From contig CAVYXA010000003.1 in the NCBI GenBank assembly GCA_963772365.1, forward strand, positions 768,896-832,895: DNA of 64,000 nt. The letters are read 5' to 3'. This stretch comes from an uncultured Verrucomicrobiae bacterium (GTDB taxonomy: Bacteria; Verrucomicrobiota; Verrucomicrobiia; Chthoniobacterales; UBA10450). The notes below the pieces were generated by a model that searched no databases, was not told where the DNA came from, and saw only the letters and a program-made list of their open reading frames with translations. Every line of letters starts with the position of its first letter. The stretch's first letter is position 1. Position numbers and translations under genes: made by a program. This document shows positions 39,863 to 50,821 of the stretch, piece after piece.

Positions 39863-41045
39863 CGTACTTCCCGCCGCCCCTGGCCGAACAGGGCGAGACC
39901 AACCAGCAGGATGGCAAATGCGAGTCCCAGCGTCGCATCCAGCCAGGTGGTTCCAGCCCCGAATCTGGGAGCCGCGGAGAAGCTCCGCAGCCACGAGACG
40001 GTATAGGCACCCACTGGCTGGCCGAGGGCCAGGGTCAGGGCCGAATCGACCGGCAGCGAGGTGGTCCAGAATCCCTGAAATCGATCATCGCCGACGCTGC
40101 GGAAAAGATCCGAGAGATAGGCCTGGGCGCCGATCAGTTTGACCTTGTTGGTTTCCCATGGATCGAAGGGCACCACCACCCGCGGTTTGATCCCTCTTCC
40201 GCCCTGGTCGTACTGGGCGAGGCCGAGGCGGCAGGCGTCCGGCCGCCCGGCGAAGCAGGCCATGGTCTGATAGGGATGCGAATAGATCGCCCCCCACCAC
40301 CAGACCCGGTGGTCCTCGTCTCCGAATACCCAGCCCACCGAGACCTCCGGGTGGGCCTCCCGGTACCAGACCGGCGCCAGGGCCACGTCGAACTGCCGGG
40401 CGGCCAGCCACTGCTCCACCCGGGGGCTCGGCACGCCAAAACGGGCGTACCAGGCGCAGGGACCCAGGACCGCCGAGGCCCAATCGATCAGCCGTCCGGG
40501 ATGCTGATACCGACGACTGCTGGCAAAGGAGGGAACCACCGCGACCACCAGGCAGCTCGCGCGATCGGTGGAATCGGGAAGGAGATACGAGGCTCGGTAC
40601 CGGTTTGTACTCGACTTTCGGCGTCAAAGGCGCGCCGGCCCTCGGGAGGTCGCGCATCAGCACGCCCACCGAGATCTTGCTGACGCCGATGTCGAGCCTC
40701 TTCCAGGCACTGTCGAGCGCGCCCTGGATGATCGGCCTGGCCCACCCTGTCACGGAATCGGGAGCCTGAAGGTCCAGCACCGGCCCCGGCTCGTTCCTGG
40801 CCCGCCGCTGATTCAGGGCGGCACCGACCCGGTCGTGGTATTCGGCCCCGAGCAGAGCGGCGTTGGCCACCTGCCACTCCGAGGCCAGCGCGCGCGCCCG
40901 GTTCCGCTGCGGGTTGTCCTCCCGAATGAGGTAGCTCCGGGTCTCGGCCCACTTGGGCATGCCGCGCGGTGGGAGGTAGACCGCCGCCAACCAGAGCGCA
41001 GAGCAGGACCGCGCCGCCCGCCCAGGCGGCTATGCCACGCGCCAT
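39859..41045 (-). CDS. Hypothetical membrane-anchored protein, frameshifted
   Basis: ORFs 40488-41045, 40085-40990 and 39859-40548 join. Hydrophobic helices at both termini. Confidence 0.65.
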
Positions 41046-42136
41046 CGTGAGCTCCTCAGCGCCAGGATTCCGAACAGGAGAAACCAGCCCAACGCCACGA
41101 CCGGTCCATAGGCGGGCAACTCGACCGACCGGGGCCGGGAGGCGATGACGGACGACTGCCAGACCGAGAGCAGAGAATCGAGGGGGATTCCCGCCGCCCG
41201 GGCCAGCCGTTGATCGATCGGCGTGGTCGAATCGGCGGTGAGTCGAGCATACGCCTCTCTCCCGCCCAGATCGAGCGCGATACGCGCCAGGGTCAGCCGG
41301 GTGATGGGGGCGACCGGCGCGGGAAGGCGGGAAGGATCTACCTGCCCGAACATCTCGAGACAGGACTGATCATCGCCGTTGATGCAGGGCTTGATGGCAG
41401 CCAGCTGCTCACTCTCGTTATAGGCGAATCCCACACCGCGGATCGCCTCCTGCCGTTCGGCCGGGGTGCGGTAGAGTTTAAGAGGGTCGCGGGGCCGGTC
41501 GAGACTCAGCAGCGAGCGACAGCTCTCCAGCGATCCGGTAAAGCAGTCCCGGCCGATGCTGAAGTGCGAGGTGACCAAAGCGACGTAACTCTGTTCCAGC
41601 TCGGATTGGAGCCCGCGAGTCGTGGGACGGAAGGCCGTCCCGGCCCAGTCCTGAAAGGCCTTGTCGGGCTGGAGCGCCGGCACATAGATGTAGAGCAGGT
41701 CGGCCATCTCCTTCGCCGACTTGTCCCAGGGAACCAGTGTTCCCCAAGAGTTGTAGGCCTTGAACTGACTGTCCGGATTGATGGCCCGGATCAGGTAGGG
41801 ATGCTGCCTGAGTTCCTCCGCCCGGGACCCGTACATCGAGTCGATCCTGGGCCAGGCCAGTTCGGCGGCTTCCTTGAGGGGCAACCGTGAACGATTGGAA
41901 AGGATCACCAGGGACCCGACCCTCAGCGTGTCCAGCCGGCCGGGAAGCGCCCCATGCGCAAGGCTGTCGGCCAGGTCGGCCAGCGCGTTTGCCTCGCCCC
42001 ACAGCCGGGCCAGGCTGTCGGCCCGGGCCTGCAGAATCTGGATCTGCCGGGTGGCCGAGTCGGAACGGACCTGCGCCTGCGACCTCAACGTCAGGACGGC
42101 GAGAAGCAGCAGGGCGAAGATCGGCGCCCTACACAT
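41030..42136 (-). CDS. Hypothetical protein with signal peptide and C-terminal TM helix
   Basis: Intact 368-aa ORF overlapping its neighbours in the operon. Confidence 0.78.
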   Translation of the reverse strand: MCRAPIFALLLLAVLTLRSQAQVRSDSATRQIQILQARADSLARLWGEANALADLADSLAHGALPGRLDTLRVGSLVILSNRSRLPLKEAAELAWPRIDSMYGSRAEELRQHPYLIRAINPDSQFKAYNSWGTLVPWDKSAKEMADLLYIYVPALQPDKAFQDWAGTAFRPTTRGLQSELEQSYVALVTSHFSIGRDCFTGSLESCRSLLSLDRPRDPLKLYRTPAERQEAIRGVGFAYNESEQLAAIKPCINGDDQSCLEMFGQVDPSRLPAPVAPITRLTLARIALDLGGREAYARLTADSTTPIDQRLARAAGIPLDSLLSVWQSSVIASRPRSVELPAYGPVVALGWFLLFGILALRSSRWRVA

Positions 42137-42811
42137 CGATCAGCATCCAGCGCCCGCTGAAGATCGCCAGCGGCCCGGGCCAGCTCAGAACCGCCTGCTG
42201 AATCGGGCCGATCAGGTCGACCTCCACACCGGCGGCCAGTACCAGGGTCTGGGCGACGACAACCAGGGCGATAACGCTGAGAATGATCCCTGCTGTCCGG
42301 CAGTCCCGCCCGAGATCGCGAAGAAGGTCGCGAAGGCCACCAGGATCGCGAGCGCGAACCGCAGCCCCAGCGCCCCCGCGTAGCCGTGAAGACCGATCGG
42401 GATGGTCGCGGTCCGGTCGACCAGTGCGGCTCCGATGGCGACGGCCAGTATGGGGAGAGTCAGGACGGTGAGTCCCGCCGCGAGCCGGTAGAGAACGTAC
42501 TGCCAGCGGGGAAGCGGCAGTGAGAGTGCATGGACGTGGCGGCCCCGGTGGTCCGGCGCCCACGCCGCGATCGCGACCAGCAGGCCGAGCAAGCCGGCGA
42601 GCAGTGGATAGAGAATGCCCCAGGACTGCAGGAAGTGGAGCAGGTCCGCCGCCGGCATCGCCCGGGGCCCGCTGGTGGCGCCCTGCAGGGACAGGACCGG
42701 CAGGAAGAAGCCGGCGAGTGTGCCGAACACCACTACCAGCCTCGACCAGCGCCACTGGCTTTCGAGTACGACGAGGAACATCTGCACAGTTCGCTGGCGC
42801 ATCACAACCAC
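42129..42811 (-). CDS. Putative ABC-2 type permease, frameshift near the 3' end
   Basis: Multi-TM, with a HALSLPLPRW loop typical of ABC-2 permeases. Follows the ABC ATPase. Confidence 0.7.
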
Positions 42812-42944
42812 CCTCGTTCAATGGACATGCTGTCCTCATTCCGTCGCTGGGGAACAGGATTGAAAGAAGGATGAAGGGGATTGAGAGGATTCGGGACGTG
42901 AATGCAGTAATCCTTTGAATCCGCCCTCATCCTTTCAATCCTGT

Positions 42945-43862
42945 TCACTTCCCCGTCTCTCTGGCATCCGACGTCCGGAACGCCCGCAGCAGCTCGACGA
43001 ACCCGTCCTCGAGATCGAGGTCCACCACCTCGTCGAGTCTGATGCCCTGGGATGAGAAGTACTCGGTCATGGCCGGTTCCCAGTTCCTGACAATCCAGGT
43101 CTCCCGGGCGCCCATCTTCTCCCGCGCCATCCGGACAAACGGCGCCGGCGCGAGGGACGCCTGATCGGCCGGCAGCCCCGACACGATCAGCCGCTTGGTG
43201 CCGTTCTTGAGCCGGGTCATCGGCACTTCGGTGACCAGCCTCCCGCCGTCCATCACCCCGACCCAGTCGCAGATCCGCTCGAGTTCGTGGACCAGGTGAC
43301 TGGAGATGATCACCGTCGCCTGCCGGTCGGCGACGTAGTCGAGCAACGAGGAGAGGATGTCCCGCCGGGCTACCGGATCGAGACCGTCGGTGGGTTCGTC
43401 GAGCACGAGGAGGTCGGGGCGCTGTGCCATGGCTGTCAGCATCATGGCCTTGGCCTTCTGCCCCTTGGAAAGCCGGCCGAACGGCTTGCGATCATCCAGC
43501 TCGAACTGCTTGAGCAACGCCTCAGCCGCCGGCCAGTCCCAGGTGGTGTAGAAGGCCGCCTGGAAACGGAGCAGCTCGCGGACGGTACGGGTCTGGTCGA
43601 AATGGGGCTGCTCGGGCACGTAGCCGACCCGTCCCAGGACTTCGGCGGCCTGGACCGGGATCGTGCAACCCAGCACCGTGATACTGCCGCCCTGGGGACG
43701 GAGCAAACCCAGCAGCAGCCGGAGTGTCGTCGTCTTGCCCGATCCATTGGGCCCGAGGTACCCGTAGATCGCGCCGGCCCGCACCTGGAGATCGAGGTTA
43801 TCGATGCTGAATCCCCCACCCGGACTGTAGCGCAGACCTCTGGTCTCGACCGCGTTGCTCAT
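42945..43862 (-). CDS. ABC transporter ATP-binding protein (YtrB-like)
   Basis: GPNGSGKTT, LSKGQ, VLDEPTDGLDP, SSH. Confidence 0.92.
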   Translation of the reverse strand: MSNAVETRGLRYSPGGGFSIDNLDLQVRAGAIYGYLGPNGSGKTTTLRLLLGLLRPQGGSITVLGCTIPVQAAEVLGRVGYVPEQPHFDQTRTVRELLRFQAAFYTTWDWPAAEALLKQFELDDRKPFGRLSKGQKAKAMMLTAMAQRPDLLVLDEPTDGLDPVARRDILSSLLDYVADRQATVIISSHLVHELERICDWVGVMDGGRLVTEVPMTRLKNGTKRLIVSGLPADQASLAPAPFVRMAREKMGARETWIVRNWEPAMTEYFSSQGIRLDEVVDLDLEDGFVELLRAFRTSDARETGK

Positions 43863-44239
43863 GCCGCCCCCGTCTCCAGGATCTTTCCGATCGCATCACG
43901 GATTTCCTGCGGGGAAATCCGCAGCCGGCCCGCCTCCGCCAGCAGCTTCTTCGCCAGGGCCATTGCCTGCCGGGAGCGCTCTTCGTCCTTCCGCTGTTCC
44001 GCCATTTCCCGAACGAAGGTGCCCGCCCCTTGGCGCAACTCGACGAACCCCTCGGCCTCCAGCTCCCGATAGGCCTGCACCACGGTGGCCGGATTGATCC
44101 GAAGCTGTGCGGCCAGCTGTCTGACCGACGGCAAGCCCGACCCCGGTGCGAGGTCTCCTGCCGCGATAGCCACCTTGACCCGGGTGGCGATCTGGGCGTA
44201 GAGCGGGATAGTGCTGCGTGAATCGATCTGACTGAACAC
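43859..44239 (-). CDS. GntR family regulator, YtrA subfamily
   Basis: PLYAQI, LPSVRQLA, INPATVVQAYRELE, GAGTFV, short C-terminal domain. Confidence 0.92.
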   Translation of the reverse strand: MFSQIDSRSTIPLYAQIATRVKVAIAAGDLAPGSGLPSVRQLAAQLRINPATVVQAYRELEAEGFVELRQGAGTFVREMAEQRKDEERSRQAMALAKKLLAEAGRLRISPQEIRDAIGKILETGAA

Positions 44240-44245
44240 CGGAAG

Positions 44246-44304
44246 CTGTATCAGCCTGTGTATTAGTGTACTGATACAGTGCTACTTTGCGGGCAGTCCG
44301 TCAA
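44246..44304 (-). promoter_or_regulatory. YtrA-type operator and promoter
   Basis: Imperfect palindrome TGTATTAGTGTACTGATACA (44259-44278), extra half-site CTGTATCAG (44246-44254), minus-strand -35 TTGACG at 44299-44304. Confidence 0.7.
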
Positions 44305-44374
44305 GGGGGGCAAACAAGAGGAGCGCGAGGGTTCCCCCGCGCTCCGGTTCCTTCATCTTCACCCGGCAGGCGCT

Positions 44375-44776
44375 TCAGGCTCGCTGGCCTGCCATGACCC
44401 GGACCATATCCGTGGTGGTAACCACGCCGACCAGCCGGCCATCTTCCTCGACAAAGAGCCGGTGGACCTCGAGGTACAGCATCCGCCGGGCCGCATCGTT
44501 GACCGGCACGTCGGAGGCGATCGTCTGGGGTCTCGGTGTCATGATCTCCTGGACCGGGGTCTGATCGAGCAACCGGTCGCGCTCCTCCGACCCGGCGTGC
44601 TCGGCCATCGCCTCGAGGATGTCGCTGTTGGAGATCACTCCGACCAGGCGGCCATGCGGATCGACCACCGGCAACCCGCTGATGTGGTAATCCGCCAGCA
44701 GACCGACGGCATCGCCCACCGTGTCGGTGCCGAGAATGGTCTTGGGGTGGGTATTCATGATTTCGGCGACACGCAT
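44375..44776 (-). CDS. CBS domain pair protein
   Basis: VAEIMN..ISGLPVVD..LVGVIS..D and VQEIMT..LVGVVTTTD. Confidence 0.9.
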   Translation of the reverse strand: MRVAEIMNTHPKTILGTDTVGDAVGLLADYHISGLPVVDPHGRLVGVISNSDILEAMAEHAGSEERDRLLDQTPVQEIMTPRPQTIASDVPVNDAARRMLYLEVHRLFVEEDGRLVGVVTTTDMVRVMAGQRA

Positions 44777-45009
44777 ACAGGCCTCCGCAATCGGGTAATC
44801 CATAGAAGCAGCGGCGGGCTGAATCGAGCGTGAAGCTGGAATGAGAACTTGCCTCCTCCTCCGAGCGGCCGGAGTATTGGTGCACCCGAGCGAGTGAATC
44901 CGGTACTGGAACCCCACCGGTGCCAGTCGATATTCCTCCTATGGGGGCGGAGGCCTCAGCCAGCGCCATCCCAACCTTCGCTCCCCCGCCGGCATCCCAG
45001 AATCAGCAC

Positions 45010-45557
45010 ATGGCAACTCGCACCCAGGCCTCGTGAACCAGACCCTACAGCGGGCCCAGCAGGGAGACCAGGCTGCGTTCCGGGCCCTGTACGATGCTCA
45101 CGTGGGCCGGGTCTACGCCCTGTGCCTCCGTCTGACCGGGAGCGTTTCCGATGCCGAGGAGGCAGTCCAGGATGTGTTCGTCCGGGTGTGGCAACGGCTG
45201 GGGAGCTTCCGGGGAGAAAGTGCGTTTTCGACCTGGCTGCACCGGCTTACCGTGAACGAGGTGCTCCAGGCCCGGCGGACGGCGGGAAGGCGGAATGCGC
45301 GGGTAACGCTGGCCAACGATACCCTGGAGCTGGAGGCTGCCCCGGCTCCCCCGGCGGGTCCGACCGGCACCGGCACGAACGACCTGAGCCAGGCCATTGC
45401 GCGGCTCCCGACCGGAGCACGGGCGGTCTTCGTGCTGCACGACGTCGAGGGCTATCAACACGACGAGATCGCGGCCCTGCTCGAGATCGCGGAAGGCACC
45501 AGCAAAGCCCAGCTCTTCCGGGCGCGACGACTGTTACGGGAGATGCTCGACCGATGA
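45010..45557 (+). CDS. ECF RNA polymerase sigma factor (ATG 45010 out of frame by one base, or GTG 45033)
   Basis: GDQAAFRALY, AEEAVQDVF, FSTWLHR, FVLHDVEGYQHDEIA, GTSKAQLFRAR. Confidence 0.92.
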
Positions 45558-46171
45558 ATTGCAACGACGCAGCCCCGCTGCTGGACGACTACATCGATGG
45601 CGTCCTTCCGGCCGACCGGAGCGCCGAGGTCGAACGGCACCTGTCCGCCTGCGACCCGTGCCGCCGCGAGGTTGAGGGTATCCGCGCGGTACTGGCCGAC
45701 GCGCGCGCCATGCCCCGCTCGGTTCAACCGGGCCGGGATCTCTGGGAGGGAATCCAGCAGCGCCTTCCCCAGGCCGGTGTCGGGTCCGTCCCGATTGTCC
45801 GTGGCAGGGCGTACCCACCATTCATGCTTCTCGCGGCCGCGCTCTTTCTCCTGATCGCCGGCGCGACCCTCGCGACTCTGTATCAACGCCGCGCCGGCCC
45901 ATCCGCGTTCGCGCTGGAGCAGCGTCGCTATGTCGAAGCCACGGCGGATCTGGCGCGGAGGCTCGCCGACGAACCCGGCCAGCTCTCCGCCTCCACCCGC
46001 GCGGTGGTCGAGCGCAATCTCGCCATCGTGGATCAGGCTATTAAGGAAGGGGAGGAAGCGCTGGCTGCCGATCCCGGCAACCCCGAGCTGGAACAGATGG
46101 TCCTGGCCCGATATGCCCAGCGGCTCGACCTCCTCAAACGCGCGAGCGCGGCGGGGAGACGGGTTTCATGA
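45554..46171 (+). CDS. Zinc-binding (zf-HC2) transmembrane anti-sigma factor
   Basis: MNC..LDDYID..HLSACDPC, DLWEGI, one TM helix, ALAADPGN. Confidence 0.88.
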   Translation: MNCNDAAPLLDDYIDGVLPADRSAEVERHLSACDPCRREVEGIRAVLADARAMPRSVQPGRDLWEGIQQRLPQAGVGSVPIVRGRAYPPFMLLAAALFLLIAGATLATLYQRRAGPSAFALEQRRYVEATADLARRLADEPGQLSASTRAVVERNLAIVDQAIKEGEEALAADPGNPELEQMVLARYAQRLDLLKRASAAGRRVS

Positions 46172-47196
46172 GCCCGCCAGGCGGTCGGTCGGCCATGCGA
46201 TCCGTGGAGCTCCGGAACCGCACCACCCGAGGCCCGGAACCCGATCGAGCGCCCTTGGGCCCGCGATGCGCGACCCGGCGCGAGGGAGTCCTTCAGGGCG
46301 GAACGCGCAACCTCCTGGCGTTGGCCCTGTGTTCACTCGGCGTCACCGGCGTGCTGCACGCCCAGGACGCGGTCAATGCCGGACGTGCGGTGGCGAACGA
46401 CGCCGCAATCCGGATCTTCGTCGTCACCGGTTCGGTCCGGGTGACCGGCTGGGACCGGGACAGCATCGCGGTCAGGGGGCGGCTCGATCCGGGTGCCGGA
46501 CGCTTTTTTCTCGGTGGCACCCGGGATGCGCTCAAACTGGGCGTCGAAGCGCCGGCCGGGAGGGAACCGGACGGAACCGCCGATCTCGACATCTGGCTGC
46601 CGAATAGCGCCAGGGTGTGGATCAAGTCGACCGCCGCCGATGTCGAGACAACCACCGGCGGGGGCACGCTCGAGGTAACCGGCGTGAGCGGCCGGGTGCG
46701 AGTGGCCGGTACGCCGCGGGAATGCAGTGTCGAGACCCTGGACGGCAACGTCGAGCTGGCCTTTCGCGGGCCGATCGCGCGGGTCCGAACCGCGAGCGGA
46801 ACCATCGTGGTCCGGGGCATCATCCAGGATCTCGACGCCAGTACGGTCAGTGGCCCGCTGCTGGTCGGGATGGAGGGCGACGTGAGCCGGATCCGCATGG
46901 AGACCGTCTCGAGCGAGATCGGGTTCAAAGGCGGGCTCACCCGGGATGGCCGGATCGAGGCAGAGACGCACGGCGGTGACATCGAACTGCGACTGCCCCC
47001 GGCGTTGCAGGCAACCTATCACCTGGTCAGCTACGGCCGTGGCCTCCAGAACGAACTCTTCCCCGCTGACGCGATTCGGCCGGGTCCTAACAAGGGCGAG
47101 TTCAGCGTCAAGACCGGCGACGGCCGGGCGGTGGTCCAGGTGCGCACCTTCAAGGGGATCGTCACGCTCAAGGCCCGAGGGCCCGAGACCTACTAA
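46168..47196 (+). CDS. DUF4097 beta-strand repeat protein
   Basis: Hydrophobic signal, VTGWDRD, repeated T/S-x-S/D-G-x-V motifs. Confidence 0.82.
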   Translation: MSPPGGRSAMRSVELRNRTTRGPEPDRAPLGPRCATRREGVLQGGTRNLLALALCSLGVTGVLHAQDAVNAGRAVANDAAIRIFVVTGSVRVTGWDRDSIAVRGRLDPGAGRFFLGGTRDALKLGVEAPAGREPDGTADLDIWLPNSARVWIKSTAADVETTTGGGTLEVTGVSGRVRVAGTPRECSVETLDGNVELAFRGPIARVRTASGTIVVRGIIQDLDASTVSGPLLVGMEGDVSRIRMETVSSEIGFKGGLTRDGRIEAETHGGDIELRLPPALQATYHLVSYGRGLQNELFPADAIRPGPNKGEFSVKTGDGRAVVQVRTFKGIVTLKARGPETY

Positions 47197-47275
47197 ACCC
47201 GGCCCGCCGCTGCGGCATCGAATCGGCAGTGAGTCGAAGTTCGCCGTACCTGCCAACGTTTGCCGGAGGTCTCAT

Positions 47276-47767
47276 ATGCGCCGTTTCATGCTCGCTCCGC
47301 TCGCCCTCACCCTGCTCGCCGCCGCACCTGCGGTAGCCGGGCCGCCCTGGATCTCCATCGAGTTCCCGGCAAATCCCTACAACAGCATTACCCGGAATGC
47401 GTTCTGTCTGGTCCGGGTGTACCACCACGGAGACCCGGCCTACTACCCGGTCACGGGGGCGGCGGAGGGAATGGTGAACGGCGCCCGCCGGACCCAACCC
47501 TTGTCCATCCAGGACACCGGCATTCCCGGGGTGTATGCGGTCAACTACACCCCCTCGAAAGACGGCATCTGGATGCTGGTCCTGCGGGTGGGGAAGGACG
47601 GCGAGCATGGGACCGCGACGGCGGTGGTCAAGCTCAATCGTGATGGTCAGATCGCATCCGCCAGTGTCCCGACCCATCGGCGGGACGGGTGGGATATCCC
47701 TGACGAGGTATCCGCCGGCGAGGTCGACCGCCTGCTGCGGGAGCAGGTGGCGCTGGCGAACCGCTGA
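47276..47767 (+). CDS. Hypothetical secreted protein
   Basis: SD GGAGG, signal MRRFMLAPLALTLLAAAPAVA, GPPWISIE. Confidence 0.78.
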   Translation: MRRFMLAPLALTLLAAAPAVAGPPWISIEFPANPYNSITRNAFCLVRVYHHGDPAYYPVTGAAEGMVNGARRTQPLSIQDTGIPGVYAVNYTPSKDGIWMLVLRVGKDGEHGTATAVVKLNRDGQIASASVPTHRRDGWDIPDEVSAGEVDRLLREQVALANR

Positions 47768-47850
47768 ATCCCCGTCAAAATCGGGTCAATAGCCCGAATT
47801 TCGGCTATATTGCCTTACGGTCCTCCCCCGGGACCGCAAGGCAATACCCG

Positions 47851-50490
47851 ATGAACCTGTCGGCGCCGAAACCGAGCGTGGTACCGAGGGAAAACCTCCT
47901 CGTTGTCGGACCCCAGCATCTGGTGGAGCGGTTCCGTGCCGTCGCCGGGGGGCCCGCCAGTCTTGTTGTGGCCTCGAGTATCGACGAGGCGCGGATCCGG
48001 CTGATCGGCCGTCCCCCCCGCGCCATCATCGTCCTGGCCGAAGATGGTGGCCCCGACACGCTGGCCGCGGTCCAGATCCTTGCCGGCGGCGGACAGGCCC
48101 CGCTGCTCCTGATCACATCCGAAATCAATCCGGCAGATGAACTCGTCGCCCTCAAGCTGGGCGCCGCGGAGAGTCTCGTCTTCCCGTCGGTTACCGCAAA
48201 ATCGTTCGAGGCCGCGCTGCTCCGGGCCCGGGCCAGGGGAGAGTACTATGCCCGGTGGACGGCCCGGGCCGCGCTCTTCGAAGCGTTGGTCGAGCGGGAT
48301 GCGGACGGCCTCCTCGCGCTCGATTCCGGGCTCCTCATCACCTACGCCAGTGCCGGTGTCGAGCGGCTCCTGGGTTATCCCGCCGAGGAACTGCTGGGAC
48401 GTTCGGCTCTCGAGTTCATTCCGCCGGCGAACACCGATGACGCACTCCGCCAGCTGGGCGTCGCCATGCAGCAGCCGGGGGAGCACGTGCACTGCGAGGC
48501 CGTGGCCCAGCACGCCGATGGGAGTCTCCGCCGCATCGAGGGGAGCATCGTCAACCTGCTGGGCGATCCGCCGATCAACGCCATCATCCTGGGGTTCCGG
48601 GACGCCACCGACCGCCTCGCGCAGGTGCGGGACATGGCGGAACGGGAGCAGCGATTCCGGGAGCTGGCCGAGGAGGCCCCGGTGATGATCTGGATCGAGG
48701 ATGCCGACCGTCACCTGGTGTGGGAGAACCGCACGACCCTGGAGTTCACCGGGCGAACCTGGGAGGAGGAACAGGGTTACGGCTGGATGGACTCGGTTCA
48801 CCCCGACGACCTGGAAATGGTCCGCCGGGAGTACCAGGAGACTACCGCCAGCCGGCGGGGGTTCACCCTGGATCTGCGGATGCGGCGGTTCGACGGGGCC
48901 TACCGCTACATCCGCCAGATTGCGATACCCCGGTGGGACTCCAAGGGGGCGTTGACCGGCTTCATCGGCGTCGATGTCGATGTGACCGAGCTCCGGGAAA
49001 AGAACCAGCAGATCGAGGAAGCGGAGGCCCGCTATCGCCAGTTGGCCGAAACGGTGCCGGTCCTGGTCTGGATGGATGACGCCCAGCACCGGCTCACCTA
49101 CCAGAACCGCACCGCGGAGGAGTATTCCGGACGCACCACCACCCAGGAACGGGGCACCGGCTGGTACGAGGGGATCCATCCTGATGACCGGGAACGGGTG
49201 ATTGCCTCCTATCGCGAGACCACCACTCGGCCGGCCCCCTACCAGCACATGTACCGCCTGCAGCGCGCCGACGGAGTGTACCGCTGGTTCATCGAAATCG
49301 GTGTACCCCGGCAGGGACCCGACGGCGAGTTCATCGGCTTTACCGGTGTCGACGTGGACGTGGACGACCTGGTGGAGGCGAGCACCAGGCTGGAGCAGGC
49401 GGAAGCGCGCTACCGCCATTTCATCGAGCAGAGCTCCGAGGGGATCTGGCGCCTCGAGATGGATGAGCCCACCCCGGTCGATCTGCCGGAAGACGAACAG
49501 ATCCGCCTCTGGTATGAACGGGCCTATTTTGCGGAGTGCAATCTCGCCATGGCGCGGATGTACGGCTTTCACAGCGCCGAGGAACTGCGCGGGCAGCGGC
49601 TTCTCGACCTCCTGCCGCCGGACGACCCCACCAATCTCGACATGCTGCGCGGCTTCATCCGTTCGGGCTTCCGGATTGTCAACGCCGAGAGCCACGAGCG
49701 GGACCGCCACGGCCGCCGCAAGTATTTCCTGAATAGCCTGGTGGGGGTGGTGGAAGGCGGCTGTCTGGTCCGGAGCTGGGGCACCCAGCAGGACATCACC
49801 GAGCGGCGGATCCTCGAGGAGGAGGCCCGGCAGTCCCGCAAGATGGAAGCGGCAGGCCGGCTGGCCGGCGGCATCGCGCACGACTTCAACAACCTGCTGA
49901 CCGCGATTCTGGGGACCAGCGATCTGCTGCTCAGCAACCTGTCCCGCGGCGATCCTTCCCGGGAGGACGTGGAGGAGATCAAGCGGGCCGCGACCCGGGC
50001 GGCCAACCTGACCCGCCAGCTCCTCGCCTTCAGCCGCCGGCAGGTGCTGCAGCCGCGGACCCTCGACCTCGAGACCCTGCTCCGGGGAGTGGAGACCCTG
50101 CTCCGCCGCCTCATTGGCGAGCATATCACCCTCACCGTGAAGTGCCCACCGGGCCTGTGGCTGGTCCGGGCCGATCCGGGCCAGCTGGAGCAGGTCATCG
50201 TGAATCTCTCGGTCAACGCGCGGGATGCCATGCCGACCGGCGGCAGTCTGGTGATCGAGACCAGCAACTACTCGTTCGAGGGCGCGACCCACGGCGCCCA
50301 GAGCATCATGCCCGCCGGAGACTACGTCCTGCTCGCGGTGAGCGACACCGGTACCGGCATGGACGACGAGACGATGCGGCACGTCTTCGAACCGTTTTTC
50401 ACGACCAAGGCGCCGGGCAAAGGTACCGGACTGGGCCTGGCCACCGTGTACGGCATCGTGAAGCAGAGCGGCGGTTTCATCTATGCCGAC
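47851..50490 (+). CDS. Multi-PAS sensor histidine kinase, 3'-truncated at a fragment junction
   Basis: Degenerate receiver-like N-terminus, four PAS/PAC domains, AHDFNNLL, NARDAM, DTGTG, GTGLGL. Homology stops after SGGFIYAD. Confidence 0.9.
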
Positions 50491-50735
50491 ATCACGACTA
50501 CAATGCCGTGGGCTTCATGCAGCCCTCCGCCCGGAGTGTCGACGGCCGGAAGCTTTACGTCTTGGTCGCCAACAATGGGTCGACCGTCGCGTATCTCGAC
50601 ATTCCTCCCGGCCCCGACCTTGATCCGCTGGTCGCCCGCCGCGTGGGCGTCCGGGGGGTCCCTCACTTTAACGAGGACCTCGGCACTCGTTTGATCACCG
50701 TCCGCGACCTGGAGTTGACCGAGGCCACGCGGTGA
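50491..50735 (+). CDS. C-terminal fragment of a hypothetical protein
   Basis: HDYNAVGFMQPSARSVDGRKLYVLV..AYLDIPPG..ITVRDLE, in a different frame from the kinase and unrelated to it. Confidence 0.55.
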
Positions 50736-50821
50736 TCATCCCTCGTTACCCTGTCAACGGTTCATCCATGGCGGCGCCCCTCGGCACCATCGCAAGCGAT
50801 CCCGCTCTCGAATTCATGCGC

